DNA of 53,185 bases, filler included, from Diploschistes diacapsis (taxonomy: Eukaryota): NCBI GenBank assembly GCA_023645945.1. It is 4 parts of 4 records of this genome, joined end to end, with 100 filler letters (N's around TTAATTAATTAA, not from the genome) between each part and the next. Parts side by side here need not be neighbours in the genome. Positions count along the whole stretch, not along the records: positions 1 to 13,233 come from JALAIB010000677.1; 3 more parts are not named here. One strand, 5' to 3'. Made by a program: the position numbers and the translations under genes. Each line of letters begins with the position of its first letter. Position 1 is the stretch's first letter. The notes under the pieces were generated by a model. That model had not been told where the DNA came from and searched no databases. It saw only the letters and a program-made list of their open reading frames with translations. Shown here piece by piece: positions 1 to 11,754 of this stretch.

Positions 1-444
1 CCCAGCCCCCTTGACCGCCCAGACGGCCAAGATGGCGGCCAAGCCCAAACCCAGAGCCTAACGGCGTACACCCTCCTCGCCAAAGACCGGCCCTCGAGCC
101 GCATGCGCCGCGGCCCGGGCCAGCCGTCACGACGCTACCTCGAGCTGCTGCGCACGGGCGCGCGCGAGCACGGCCTGCCGGAGGCCTACCAGGCCTGGCT
201 CGCGGGGCTGGAGGCGTACCGCGTCGGGTCGCTGGCGCAGAGGGTCGGGCAGAGCCTCTTCTCCTTCACGTGGATGCCGTGGCTCATGGGCTCCATGTTG
301 CTGAACGGCTTTACCGCGAGGAAGGGCGGGGTGGCGTCACCGTGGAGCAGGGCGCTCATGGAGAGCCTGTTCGGGGCGATGTGGCTGAGCTACGATTATG
401 GGTTCCGGTGGGTGTTTGGGGAGGGGGAGAGGGCGGGGGCCTAG
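1..444 (+). CDS. GliK-like gamma-glutamylcyclotransferase (5'-partial)
   Basis: Frame 1 is open from position 1 to TAG at 442-444. The motif QPSRRYLELLRTGAREHGLPEAYQAWL followed by a hydrophobic C-terminal segment is typical of fungal GGCT/GliK-like proteins. Confidence 0.7.
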   Translation, partial: PSPLDRPDGQDGGQAQTQSLTAYTLLAKDRPSSRMRRGPGQPSRRYLELLRTGAREHGLPEAYQAWLAGLEAYRVGSLAQRVGQSLFSFTWMPWLMGSMLLNGFTARKGGVASPWSRALMESLFGAMWLSYDYGFRWVFGEGERAGA

Positions 445-1308
445 AGTTGTCTCTTTTTTACATTCTGTGTGTTGTAGCTTGGTGTTGTAGGTTGGGGGAA
501 GAAAGGGTGGGAATAGAGGTGTACAATACGGGGGATTCTTGTAACACTGATGGAGCATTTCGAGGAAAAAGAAAAGAAAAGAACAACCTTTTTCTTTTTT
601 CCCCTCGATACAATGTCGGCATCTTGGTACTTTTTGTTTTACGGGATGAGTTTGTACTTGTACCTGTCCAGTTTATATGGCCTGCCTGCCTAATCCCGAT
701 TCTCGAACATGGCCCCATTCTGTGGCTATCTTTTTGCACCGCACACTTGTAACGTCCCGCCCAGCCCGCTCTCCTTCATACCACATTGATGAACAACAAC
801 ACGACCCCTGATGCTCACACAAACTTCCCCAAGCCCTACTACCTACCCTCACCACATCCTCCCCCCGGGCACAAATAGAAAGAAATAATTAAAAAAAACA
901 CAAACAAGCATAACGCAAGCAAGCAAATGGTTCACGTTGTTCTTTCCATGATGCATCGAAGCAGCACCACCGCGACAAGCCACGCAGTGACTGCACTGCA
1001 CTGCACTGCGATGATCCCGAGTTCAAAATATTCTACTCCTTAGCTCGAGGATACACCTGCCAAGCACATGCAGACCATCTCGGTCTTTTTCTTTTTCTTC
1101 TTCTTTTCCATAGTAAACATAGAAGCGAAAAGGCGCGAATAGTCCGGGCTTTGACAGCGTTGGATATTTTCCCTAGGTAGAACGAGGTATGAGATACCGA
1201 GAAAAGCTGAAACGCCAATGCTCGCTCGAACGCTGGATGCGAGTGTAGAGTCGGTCCCCATAATATACTCTTCTCTCTCCCACCCCCCCTTTCTCCTCCA
1301 CCGACATA

Positions 1309-4300
1309 CTACAGTGCCTCAATCGCCCGTCTCAACACGTCCAGCCCTCTGGCATCAATCTCCTCTCCCGCTTCCTTCAACAGCCACGATACATCGCTCT
1401 GCACACCGAGCGGAATATAGCAGCCCAACTTCGCCGCTTCGAGACTCTCCTTCAACCGGCTCGTGTGCTCCCACTCCCTGGCAGCCGTCTCCGCGGCGGA
1501 AATTACCTTGGCTGGAATACCGCACATGGCGGCGCAGTGCATACCGAAACTGCCCTCCGCGATTCCCTCTTCTAGTTTGTACAGGAACGTGACTTTCTTC
1601 TCCACCTCGTCCACATGGATCCTCATTCTCTTGTTGACGATTTCGGGATGGCCTTTGAACTCCTCGGCCAGGCTGTGGTAGTGCGTGGCGAAGAAGCCGA
1701 TGCAGCCAACGTGGGTGGCGACGTGGTGGAGAACGGCTTGCGCGACGGCCACGCCGTCGTACGAGCTTGTGCCTCGGCCGAGCTCGTCGAGGATCACCAG
1801 CGAGCGGGGCGTGGCTTCGGATAGGATCTTCTTCGTTTCGGAGAGCTCGACGAAAAATGTGGATTGGGCGGCGAAGATGTTGTCGTTGGCGCCGAGGCGA
1901 GACATGATGCGATCGACGGGCGATAGACGAGCGTAGCTGCAAGGAACGTAGCAGCCAATCTGAGCCATTATAACGGCGATGCAGGTCTGAAAAAGTTAGT
2001 GCGCGCCTCGGAACGTGTGTAACACTGAACTCACCATGCGGAGGATGGTTGACTTGCCGGCAGCGTTGGCCCCGGTCAGCACGTTCATGTTTGCCGATTC
2101 ACCGCCGAGCTTGATGTCGTTCGGTATAAAGTCCATCACGTTGGGCAGCATGCAGGGATGCCTAAGGTCTTCGAGTTCAAGAACACTTCTTTCATCGTCC
2201 ACAAAGGCTGGCCGACAGCATGGCTCACCGAGCGACGATGAAGCTTTGGCCAAGCTCATCAGGCAGTCCAGCTGCGCGACGATCTTGATGGCGGCAAGCC
2301 ACGTCAGATAGTCTTCGTCAAAGCGTGCGTGAAACCGTCCTGCTACATCCCTTACGATTTGACTGTGGGTCTCCTGTGCTTCTTGAAGTCTGCGCACGAG
2401 CGTCCGGAGTTCTGGGCTGTAGTAGCGCTTGACAGCTTTGGTTGCGGACATTTGACTCCAGTTGGAGGGCACACCCTTGACTTTGGCAGGTACTTCAAGC
2501 TGGTAGATCTCCTTCCCGTTATCCCTATACACGATAGCGCTCGAGCCGAGGTCTTTGCGCGCTTTTTTGAGGAGATCGTCTAGTTTTTTGTGGATCTCCT
2601 CGATGCTTGCTTGGCTTTCGTCGAAATCTTCCTCGACCCCGGCTTCTGGCACGAAGAGGCCGTGCTCCTTGGCTTTGGCATGGTCAAAGGCAGTCTTCCA
2701 AGGCTTTAGGGTTGCAGCGAGGTCGGGCATTGACGAGATCAGTTGACCGAGCAGTCCATCGCCAGAGCCAATTTCCCCAACTAGACTCATAGTGTATTCG
2801 ATCTGCTCGAAGCCTTCCAGGACGCGGACGAAGTCTTGCGGCTTGCACGTTCCGGCATGTATGCGAGAGATCAGACGTTCCAAATCAGGCATCTTCGTGA
2901 GTGACGAAGTAAATTCGGTTCTCGTCATTGAGTCTGCATTCAAGGCATCAACGGCGTCCAACCGAGCATTGATTCTCTGGGCGTCGGCAAGAGGATGGCA
3001 CACCCACTGCTTGAACATACGCTTGCCAAACGGTGTAACACAGTGGTTGAGCAATAAAAAAAGGGTACCATCCACGCTCCCGTCGAAAGTATTCGCAAAC
3101 ACTTCCAAGTTGATCAAAGTCTGGCCGTCAAGGACAAGAGACGTAGCTTTTCGGATAGGATCATACCAAGAGAAGTTTCCGAGACTGATAAGATCATTAT
3201 CGATCTTCAGCACCCTCAGGTAAGACACAAGGGCTCCGAGTGCCGACATGAGAACATGTTTGTCTTTGGAATCGACCAAAGCTTTCGGCCACTCCTGTTC
3301 TTCCGTATCGTCTCCAGCTTTGAAATAGTCACCACTTTCAATTTCTCGGCGCGTTCGATCAGCTTCCCAGAATTCTTTGCCTGCCTTGAGATAATTCCAG
3401 ATCGTAGTGGGGCTGGTATTGTTCTTCAAGATGCGAAGTGCCTTTATAGAAATCGCGGATTTCTCGAGAAGAAGCTCCTGCGGTCGAGTCTGTGCAATGA
3501 ACGTCTCGAATTTTGTAAGATCTACATCGTCGACGAATTCCGAAAGGAAGAACTGCCCGGTAGCGGCGTCGACAAAAGCAATACCAATCACAGGCTTTTC
3601 GTCGATTATCGTTTCTTTAATGGCAACACAGTAGGTTGCCATGTCATCTTGGAGCATGCCGGCCTCCACAAGCGTTCCAGAAGTTAAGACACAGGCTAGC
3701 TCCCGGTGAATAACCTTCGCCTCCTTTTGCGTTTTGGCAGGCCCATCACGCTCTCGCATCTCTTTGCCGAGAGCAGTCTCCTTCTGGTCCACGCGTGCAA
3801 TCTTGTACCCCTTGGCAACAAACTGGTTTGCCCAATGGTCAAGGCTCATCTCCGGAACTCCCACCATTCGCATATTCACTCGATCAGTCAGCTTTAAATC
3901 GAACAGTTGATGCCCTATAGTAGCATCATTCTCATACAATTCATAGAATTTGCCCTTTTTGAAGAAGACAATGGTATCCCAGAGATTCTTCTTGATCTCC
4001 CAATACTGCTTCTCAAACGGTGAAAACTTGGTCCAGGCAATTGGAGGTATGTAGATTGTTCTAGGGTCGTAATCAGCTGAGCCAGGCTTGTTGCGGTCAG
4101 CGTCCACAATGTCAGCCAACCAAGTATACCTTTGTTCCGGTTCAGTCGTGTGAGCCTTCGGCTTCTTTTTCGATGGATCTGCCTTCTTGACAATGTTGTT
4201 CGACCTTGGCTGCAACGGCCCGGGATTGGCGGGGTCATACGCCCACTGTGTGGCTGTCGAAGTGGTAGGGAGATCGAATTCTTCCTCGCTTGCTGTCTCT

Positions 4301-4951
4301 ACCGAAGAGGGTTTGCGGCTTGTCTGTTTGGGCGTGGACCGTTTCCTTTTTAGAATGGGCTTTTCGTCTTCTGAATTATCGTGGACTACGAAGTCATCTT
4401 CGCTGAATTTAGCTATAGGAACATAATGCATAGGAGGTTGATCACAAACCTTCATCGGCCTCCTCGCTCTCACCTGCTTGGTCGACAGAGAAATTGTCTT
4501 CGCTTTCTATCGTGGTTTTCCGGCGTTTGAGCAGCCGTTTCTTGGGTGGAACCACCGGAGCAAAAGCGTCGTCATCACTCCCGCCATCCTCGTTGCTGGA
4601 TTCAGCGTAATTGACAGTCTTTCTGTTCTTTCGGAGAGGACTGCTGGACGCCGGATGAGCTTCACGCGCTTCAATGGCACCGTCGAGGGTCGCAGGCGTC
4701 ACCGGCGACGGCAGGCCAATACCCCTTTTTCGAATGTTAGCAGGAGCGACATCCTCATCATCTTCATCAATGGCATCGCTGCTTGGCGCTGGGGTCAGAT
4801 TCTGGCTGACCCTAGAGGTAGCTTGCTGAACAAACTTTTTCTTGGGCGACCCGATTGGAAGAGTTGTTTGGCCGGTTTGAACGGGAGCATTTCCAGACGT
4901 TTTCCTTTGAAAGAAGCCCAAGATCGATTTCTGGCTTTTCGAGGTAGCCAT
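1309..4951 (-). CDS. MSH6: DNA mismatch repair protein Msh6 (MutS family), 2 introns
   Basis: N-terminal PIP box QKSILGFF, mismatch-binding FFKKGKFYELY, Walker A TGANAAGKST, SLVILDELGRGT and FATHYH. Intron 2 is 2034-1987 (GTGAGT...ACTAAC...CAG). Intron 1 starts at 4449 (GTTTGT); its acceptor is ambiguous (4413 TAG or 4398 AAG). Confidence 0.96.
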
Positions 4952-5239
4952 CTGGCAAGATGATCGAGAATACGATGTTGAACGGGAAAAGGTACAAAAA
5001 GCCCCTACGCAAAATTTATATCACGGTAGACGCGCCGAAGACGCGTTTTGGGAAAGGGGGGGGTTTTAGTCATCAATCTCTGCCAAGAGAAGTCGGCTCC
5101 AGCACGAGCTGTCACCCGTGCATTAGAGCGACGCTGGTTAGTATCTTTTAGCAACAAGTTTTCCAACCAGCATCATTTCCATCCAAAAAGACAAGTTCTT
5201 CAAAGCAGCATCACTTCCGTACAAAAGGCAAAAAGTACT

Positions 5240-5334
5240 CGACTAGGACAAGACTCGAACTTGCGCGGCCTAAGCCATCACCTTGACTACGATAGAATAG
5301 CAGGGTGACCCATTAACCACTCTGGCACTTAGTC
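5240..5334 (-). tRNA. tRNA-Ser(GCT) with 14-nt intron
   Basis: Reverse complement folds as a cloverleaf: acceptor GACTAAG/CCTAGTC, D-loop with TGG, anticodon stem TCACC/GGTGA, loop CT-GCT-A then intron TTCTATCGTAGTCA, long variable arm, T-arm GCAAG-TTCGAGT-CTTGT, discriminator G and a downstream T-run. Confidence 0.93.
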
Positions 5335-5766
5335 TGAATGCAAGAGTGCTAAACCAAATTTAGGTACATATTACTCACAAGCTACCAAAGTAGAGTATTC
5401 ACAACGTCTGCTTATATCTCCGAGTTTGTTGATGTCGTCCATTCATACCTTGAAGGTGAATGTCCTTAAGCTCTGCCTATGCTATAGACCTTGATCCGCC
5501 ATCTCGCAAAGGGGAGGGTGCTTTTAAGTCGACGGTGGTACTAGATAGATTCATAGAGGCTCACATGTCCCGATACTATGAAGGCGAGAAGCAGCCTCAC
5601 CAGACCAAGTTCTTATTCGATGCCTATCAAAGTGGCAGGTATGCACGCGGTGGATATTGGGTATCCGACCACCTGAGGTTACGCCATATGTCCAAAAGCC
5701 CGGATATTACCCTTCCGCAGAGTTTACCAGTTCAAACAACACCCTTTCGAACTCTACACAACTAAA

Positions 5767-7404
5767 ATGTCATCATATGGAGACGATATCACGCCGCCGC
5801 CCTCCGCACAGCCCAGATCACCTATTGTGACCGCTCGCGAGAGCCAGCTTTCTGAAGATTTGCAATCATTACCGGACCCACAGGTAGATGGCCATAATTA
5901 TAGATATGATAGCGACCCTCCAGATCTCGATCGGCCGAACAAGTTCCATGGACCTGCCTCTACGTGGAGAGACTGGACGGCCGCTGAGCGGGACATTGCG
6001 AGAAGCCTGGATCAACTGAAAGCCCAAGACCTCAGTGTCCACCTATACAATGCCCATGCACTCAAGCCTCGCGTCTGTGATGGACGCTCGCCAACTAACG
6101 TCTGGAAACCTCCCAAGCTATGGACTGCATGGCCTATGAAATCTGACGAAGTGCCTCGGCACATAGACGTCTCTATCGACGACTGCTTTAATGTGAATGG
6201 TCATTCACTTGCAACAAAACCTGTAAGCGACTCGAGAGAGCATTTGATGGTGACACTGCTGGCAACACTGATCAGGAAAGCGAGAGAGCGATATTACGGA
6301 TTAGAGGGCACCAGAGAGCGGCCCAGGATGTCGGAGTGGCCCAAGCCAGAACGGAACCCAGATTCAAGCTCGCGGGGTTCTCGTGGCTCCAAACCCCCAA
6401 CAGAAGGGTCCCATCATGGCTCCTTACCCGCGTCGCGAGCCCCCAGTTTAGGATTGTTTTATCATGATACAGAGGTGAAAATATCAGGTGCTTCGCTGGC
6501 GGACAAAGAACAAGGCAAGGCCGGCGAGCAAGCTATTAATGGAATAGCAAAGACAGCCTTTGCACAGTCAAGCAATTTTCAAGGCAGTTCAGCGGGATCC
6601 AAGACTGGGAGCGAATCGCCAACAGAAACAATCATGTACAAACCCGTCCCTTTAGCAGATGAAGCTAGCGCAAGGCGTATTGCTCAGCCACCTCTCAGCC
6701 ATGTGATCTCGCGCCTTGAGATGCTATTAGACGGCCTACATAAAGCTCAACAGTTTCGACGCAAGAACGCCCCTTCTAGAAGTCCTCGGAAGCGTATTCC
6801 AAAGTTACCCTCGCGTTCGTTGCCTAGAAGAAGGGGCGAGCAAAGTTTCGACGAGCTGTCAGAAAGGCAGCGATCAAAGGCCCCTGTCAACCAGATATCC
6901 AATTCAACTGACTCGGAGTACCAAACTTCAGAAGCGCGGTCGTCCGAGGCACAATCGTCATCCAGTCGAAAGAGGAGGGTGCAGCAATCAGGAAGGGTGC
7001 CTCTTCAGCCAAAAACCATTGACACTTCCAGCTTTGGCTTGCGTGACTGGAGTGATGTCCTAGGACTAGCGGCAATACAAGGCTGGGATGAGCGCGTTAT
7101 TGAAAGAACCAGAAAGCGATGCAGTGCGCTGTTTAAAGAACGCATGGAGCTGACAACGCTTGGCTTTGGTGACGAGCTCGAGACCAACGATACATCTGAC
7201 CTAATGAAAGTTGCAAGCGAGGATGAGATGGAGGGTGGTGTACATGTCGACGGTTTTCTCAAGCCGATCAAGAGGCGAAGAGGATGGCACGGCAAGAACA
7301 AAGAGAAGGGTAATTGGAGGAGCAGGCGGAAGGAGAGTGAGGGGGACAAGCGCAAGCAAAGGGCTAATCCTGAAAGCAGTACAGATTCAAGTGACTGTGG
7401 ATAA
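5767..7404 (+). CDS. RRN9: Rrn9-domain protein (RNA polymerase I upstream activation factor subunit-like)
   Basis: 545-aa ORF with RPNKFHGPASTW...DLSVHLYNAHALK...WKPPKLWTAWPM and a C-terminal LRDWSDVLGLAA, characteristic of the Pezizomycotina Rrn9 family. Confidence 0.75.
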   Translation: MSSYGDDITPPPSAQPRSPIVTARESQLSEDLQSLPDPQVDGHNYRYDSDPPDLDRPNKFHGPASTWRDWTAAERDIARSLDQLKAQDLSVHLYNAHALKPRVCDGRSPTNVWKPPKLWTAWPMKSDEVPRHIDVSIDDCFNVNGHSLATKPVSDSREHLMVTLLATLIRKARERYYGLEGTRERPRMSEWPKPERNPDSSSRGSRGSKPPTEGSHHGSLPASRAPSLGLFYHDTEVKISGASLADKEQGKAGEQAINGIAKTAFAQSSNFQGSSAGSKTGSESPTETIMYKPVPLADEASARRIAQPPLSHVISRLEMLLDGLHKAQQFRRKNAPSRSPRKRIPKLPSRSLPRRRGEQSFDELSERQRSKAPVNQISNSTDSEYQTSEARSSEAQSSSSRKRRVQQSGRVPLQPKTIDTSSFGLRDWSDVLGLAAIQGWDERVIERTRKRCSALFKERMELTTLGFGDELETNDTSDLMKVASEDEMEGGVHVDGFLKPIKRRRGWHGKNKEKGNWRSRRKESEGDKRKQRANPESSTDSSDCG

Positions 7405-7701
7405 GTGGTTCAGTGATTAAAGTCCTCGTGCCAGTGCTTAAGCTATTCAGCAGTATGACTCCCAGCTCTCGAGATATACACCGTTTGAACGTAATTATAC
7501 CATTGTTCTCCTGAGTTGCTCCTGAGCGTCCCGAATGCCTGTGCGGGCAGCTGTAAGATAGTTGTAGGTCGAGCGAGCTTCTACAGAAAGCTCGTCCTTA
7601 ACATACACCACCTATCGAGAGTCCCGGCTTAAAGGCCTGCTTCCATTGTCACGCTACCTAGTAGACTTCATGTGAAGAGCAGTTACCAGTCTCGGCTGGC
7701 C

Positions 7702-8080
7702 TCAACCAGCAGTCTCAATCTTGGTAATGTACTTCCCAGGCACTACGATCAAGCCCATAAACCGGCTCGTCATGTCGAGGTACATACTAGAGGCATCCTT
7801 GGGCTTCGCCTTTGCTCCTGCCTCGACAGCTATCACGGTTGGATATCGATACTCGTAGGCGCAAGACAAGATTACATTGCACTCCTATGTCTGATTGTTA
7901 TTAAGATTTCAAGAGTAGAACAAGAGCAGTATTTACGTTATCGGTGCATTTGAAATCCCCCATGAAGATCCGCCCATCCGTTGCGTGCACGATAAGCTGC
8001 TTGTTCAGTAAAGACGAGAGGTATTCTTTGGAAGCTGCAAGATTTGGCTGGACATTGTCATCGCTAACACTCGCGCTCAT
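7702..8080 (-). CDS. MAK31: Sm-like NatC auxiliary subunit Mak31/Naa38
   Basis: Exons 8080-7937 and 7884-7702 (GT-AG intron 7936-7885) give LSSLLNKQLIVHATDGRIFMGDFKCTDN|ECNVILS...SRFMGLIVVPGKYITKIE, i.e. Sm1 and Sm2 motifs. Confidence 0.85.
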
Positions 8081-8419
8081 CTCCCATGTAAAGTGAAAAT
8101 CCAAAGGGATATGTATGTATGTCACAGAAATCTTTCTGAAGCGGAAGATAAAGCACCTAGAATGTTCTGCTATTCAGTAAGTGGTTTGTTTGCAGGCAAG
8201 GGATTTGAAATGAGAGCTGCGTCATCTGCTTGAACACCACAAACAAGTTCTCGCCTTTGTAGATACATCTATGTGCTCCTCACTTTCATATTTATTATTA
8301 TCCTAGCTATTAAGTTCACTTTCGTACCTCTTCTGTAACTATAAGAGGTCTTCAACATTCTGAGAACTCGTTAAAGAGACAAGCTAGTGTCGGTGGAAGC
8401 AAGTGTCACAATAGACGAC

Positions 8420-9952
8420 ATGTCCTCACAGATTTCCATAATAGGGCCTGGGGCTCGCCGCCAGGTCGTCAAAGTGACACCGGGCCAATACCTTTCTGAA
8501 GTTCGGGATGAAGCCTGCAAATATTTCCGTTTAGATGCCGGGCAATATGGGTTTAAAAACAACAACAAACAAATTGATTTGACGAGGACCTTTCGCCTTT
8601 CAGGACTTCCTTCTGGTGCAAAGCTTGAGCTCACGCAAGTCTCCAGGTCCCCTTCCGCGGTATCAGTTGCGCTGCAGCTACCTGAGAGTGAGGCACAGGG
8701 GCTACCCAGCGCGAGACTCATGGAGAAATTCTCGAGCGCGACAAGCCTATGGAGCATACTTCGAGTCTTTGAATCCGGTAAAGTTGGCGGCTCCGGAGTA
8801 AAGAATTTTACAGAAAGGGGCGTTCCGCAGACTATAAGTGGCAATAGCGGATCCGGGAAGCTGGTGCATGAGATCCCTGTACTACATATTATGGGAAGGG
8901 ACTATGTGACTTTCACGGATCTCCAAAAGACTTTGGCGCAACTCGGCTTCAACGGTGGCAGCGTGCTCCTGAAACTATCGTTCAAGACCAGCGACACGCC
9001 GCTTGAGGAGGCCATGGAGCTAATCCAACAATATTTCAAATCCGTGGAAGAGAACAAGCCGCCCGGTGCTCACGCTGGTAATAGCTCCCAAAGCCAATCC
9101 ATTCCGGCGCAAACAAAACCTTTAGATCTTGAGGAAGCCAAGAGCCTCGAGCCGCTAGACCCAGCACCACAACAGTCTGAAGGACTTCAATCGTCTACCA
9201 GTGAGCAGAAAGACCAAAAGAATTCTTCATCGATGAGTGTGATGGATGCAGAGACAGTGACTCCCGTCTTGATACCGAATGTGACATCCCGCCCAATCAC
9301 AGTTTTTGCTGCTCCTACATCGACAACTCCCCGCGCCGCTCTCCAAAGTCACGATCCAAGCGACTTCACCCCCAGCATTACCCAACTCAAACTCCGCCAA
9401 GCGGAACTTGCAGCCTCAACGCGTAATAAGCGTCTTCCCAGCGAGGCCGAGATCGACGAGCAAAAGTCGGCCGAAAACCAGAAACTGGCCGCCGTACAGC
9501 AAGTGAAGATCCAAATTTCGATGCCAGACGAAACGAGGGTAGGCTGGGACTTTGACGCCACAGATACAACAGAGACGCTCTACTCCAATGCTCGCAAGGT
9601 GTTGGCCAGACCACAGGAGCCAATCGTTCTCAGGTATAGCGGTGCAAAGGGCATGACGCCTATGAACGAAGGAAAGGAGAGGTTGATTGGCGATTTGAAG
9701 CTTGCGGGAGCGGTGCTCGTGCGCCTAGAATGGGGTCCTGGTGCGAGCTTGCAGGCGAGACAAGAATCGAGCCTAAGGAGTGAGGTGGCGAAGGAGGCTA
9801 GGAATATTCCGGTTAAGGAGTTTGGCAGTAGTGCTGACGAAGGGCCGAGCTCTCGTGGAGGAACGCCTTTGAGAGTGAAGGGAGAGGAGAAGAAGAAGAA
9901 AACATCTGGAGAATTCAAGCCTAGTTGGTTTAAGGGGACTGGGAAGAAGTAG
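8420..9952 (+). CDS. TUG/ASPSCR1-like (Ubx4-like) UBX-domain Cdc48 cofactor
   Basis: N-terminal TUG-UBL1-like segment (ARRQVVKVTPGQYLSEVRDEAC...FRLSGLPSGAKLEL), a degenerate UBX domain and C-terminal PSWFKG. Confidence 0.8.
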   Translation: MSSQISIIGPGARRQVVKVTPGQYLSEVRDEACKYFRLDAGQYGFKNNNKQIDLTRTFRLSGLPSGAKLELTQVSRSPSAVSVALQLPESEAQGLPSARLMEKFSSATSLWSILRVFESGKVGGSGVKNFTERGVPQTISGNSGSGKLVHEIPVLHIMGRDYVTFTDLQKTLAQLGFNGGSVLLKLSFKTSDTPLEEAMELIQQYFKSVEENKPPGAHAGNSSQSQSIPAQTKPLDLEEAKSLEPLDPAPQQSEGLQSSTSEQKDQKNSSSMSVMDAETVTPVLIPNVTSRPITVFAAPTSTTPRAALQSHDPSDFTPSITQLKLRQAELAASTRNKRLPSEAEIDEQKSAENQKLAAVQQVKIQISMPDETRVGWDFDATDTTETLYSNARKVLARPQEPIVLRYSGAKGMTPMNEGKERLIGDLKLAGAVLVRLEWGPGASLQARQESSLRSEVAKEARNIPVKEFGSSADEGPSSRGGTPLRVKGEEKKKKTSGEFKPSWFKGTGKK

Positions 9953-10369
9953 GATTGTCCTGGGGCCATTTCAAGGAGAGATTGAAACGATTGGGATTAC
10001 ATGATGCTATGATGAATGGCGAAATGAGGCTTGATGTCCATGAGGTCGAGACGGAAGCTTGCATAGGTTCTGTATTCAGCGGCTCTTGGTTAGGGCAGCA
10101 TAGCATAGCGTGGCATCGCATGGCAGGTTTCAGGGCTTTAAGAGCACTTAGGAGCATTAAGATTGGTAGGCCGGCAGCACTGAGCATTCGATAGCACAAG
10201 TTACCAGCTTAGCGACTGTTCAGCATGCAATTGTCTTGTGCTCCTATCATACCTCCGGATGCATCAATAACTCACACAATTTGGCCTTCTACCCACCCTG
10301 TATTTCGAGCGCCAAATAGCCACGAAAAGCCTATTCTTTCTCCGCACCAGTATCCCAACCGCCAGCCTT

Positions 10370-11042
10370 CTAGTGACCGCCAGTCCTCCTCGACTCAGCA
10401 ATCACTCGTTGAAGATCGTCGACCTTTCTCTTCGCACGGCCAAAGGTTCCGAGCTGTTGTACAGAGCCCCGTTAACAATGAATTGGAAGAAGGAAGATGA
10501 CAGGACATACCCGCTTCTTCGCTAGTCGACGCGCTCTCTTGTCCTTGCTGTTTCGGAGCAACTCGATAACGCGGCGCTCATACTCGAGAGGTTCAGATGT
10601 CGAATCAGACGGTCTTGAATTGGCTACTTACTGGGGCGAGACCCTGGAGAGAAGCAAGTCAGTACCAGAGTCAGATCAATCCCACGAATGAGTTGCGCAT
10701 GCGAAATTTCTTCGTCGAATCACGAGAATTATCCGCCTCCTCCAAAAGTAGTGATTTCCAGCTCATCATAGTCCATACCGAAGCGCTAAGCGCGTTGTTC
10801 CGCTCTCTCCTCTCCCCAATGTCTTCGCCTAAACCCCCCTCCCCCCTGTATATCCAGAAACAGAAAAAGAAATGAAACAAACTCACCGCAACCTCCTTAA
10901 CAATCTCCCTCACGAACGCCGTCCGCTTCGAAATCCTCCCCTTGCTCCGCGAAATCCGGGGCTTGCGGTCGCGTAAAGTCGTCTGGTAGCCCTTGTTCAT
11001 GCCACGGGCTATGCCCGTACGGTCGGGTTTCGTGCCTGCCAT
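10370..11042 (-). CDS. RPL36: 60S ribosomal protein L36 (eL36), 3 introns including a 12-nt microexon
   Basis: Exons 11042-10887, 10643-10632, 10582-10511 and 10453-10370 give ...SKRTAFVREIVKEVA|GLAP|YERRVIELLRNSKDKRARRLAKKR|LGTFGRAKRKV... Confidence 0.96.
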
Positions 11043-11396
11043 ATCGTCGAAATGTATCTATGACAACAAGGTGGGTGTTTAAGTGAAGTTATGGTCGGCG
11101 ACGATATCGAGGGTTCTTTTTTTGGCTGTTCAGTATAAGCGAGGATTTGTGCGGAGGGTGTGCTAGGCTGGTTCAGGGTTAGTGTAAATAAGGGCTGAGC
11201 GGGTAGGCTGGGATGAGGTAGATTTGCTAAGGAAGGGGATGGACAGAACTTCGATGCTCTGTCTCTTCAAAAGTCGCATATGTGATCCCTCTGCAGGACA
11301 CGTAACGATGTAGAGTCGATACAGTAACTCGCATGCAATGCTTGGAAGTACTCGCTACAATCAGTGCAATGCCATGATGCCCTTGCGATATAAGGT

Positions 11397-11441
11397 GGAA
11401 GGTGGTGGAAGGCTCCAGAAGAATATAGAAACATCGTGAAA
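11397..11441 (+). promoter_or_regulatory. Putative heat-shock element (step-type nGAAn array)
   Basis: GAA recurs at exact 10-nt spacing (11398, 11408, 11418, 11428, 11438), about 310 nt upstream of the small heat-shock protein ATG. A TATA-like GTATAAG lies near 11552. Confidence 0.55.
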
Positions 11442-11754
11442 GACCTCGCCGCTACTATGCTGGACGCGCCCCAGAGACATTCTTACAAATTATAGGTAGG
11501 CACTGGTGCTTGCGTGTATCTTCTGGTAGGTTCCAACATCTCTTTTCCAAGTGTATAAGTATCTCGCTCTCCTCTATTGTCTCCCATCATCAGTCTCATA
11601 AAGCAGATCTCTCGACAACCCAAGAAGGCTTCAGATCATCTTATCCAAAATTACCACTCAAGCTACCATTTATACTATACTACCAAGCACAATATTCATG
11701 CGCTCAGTCCGCGCCTCTACACCACTCATAACAATCTCCCGCACTCCAGGCAGA

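Noticed and set aside
1355..4426. Numerous antisense and alternative-frame ORFs over MSH6 (likewise over TYW1, SFP1, HSP30)
   Set aside because: They are shadow ORFs of GC-rich coding sequence with no recognisable motifs.
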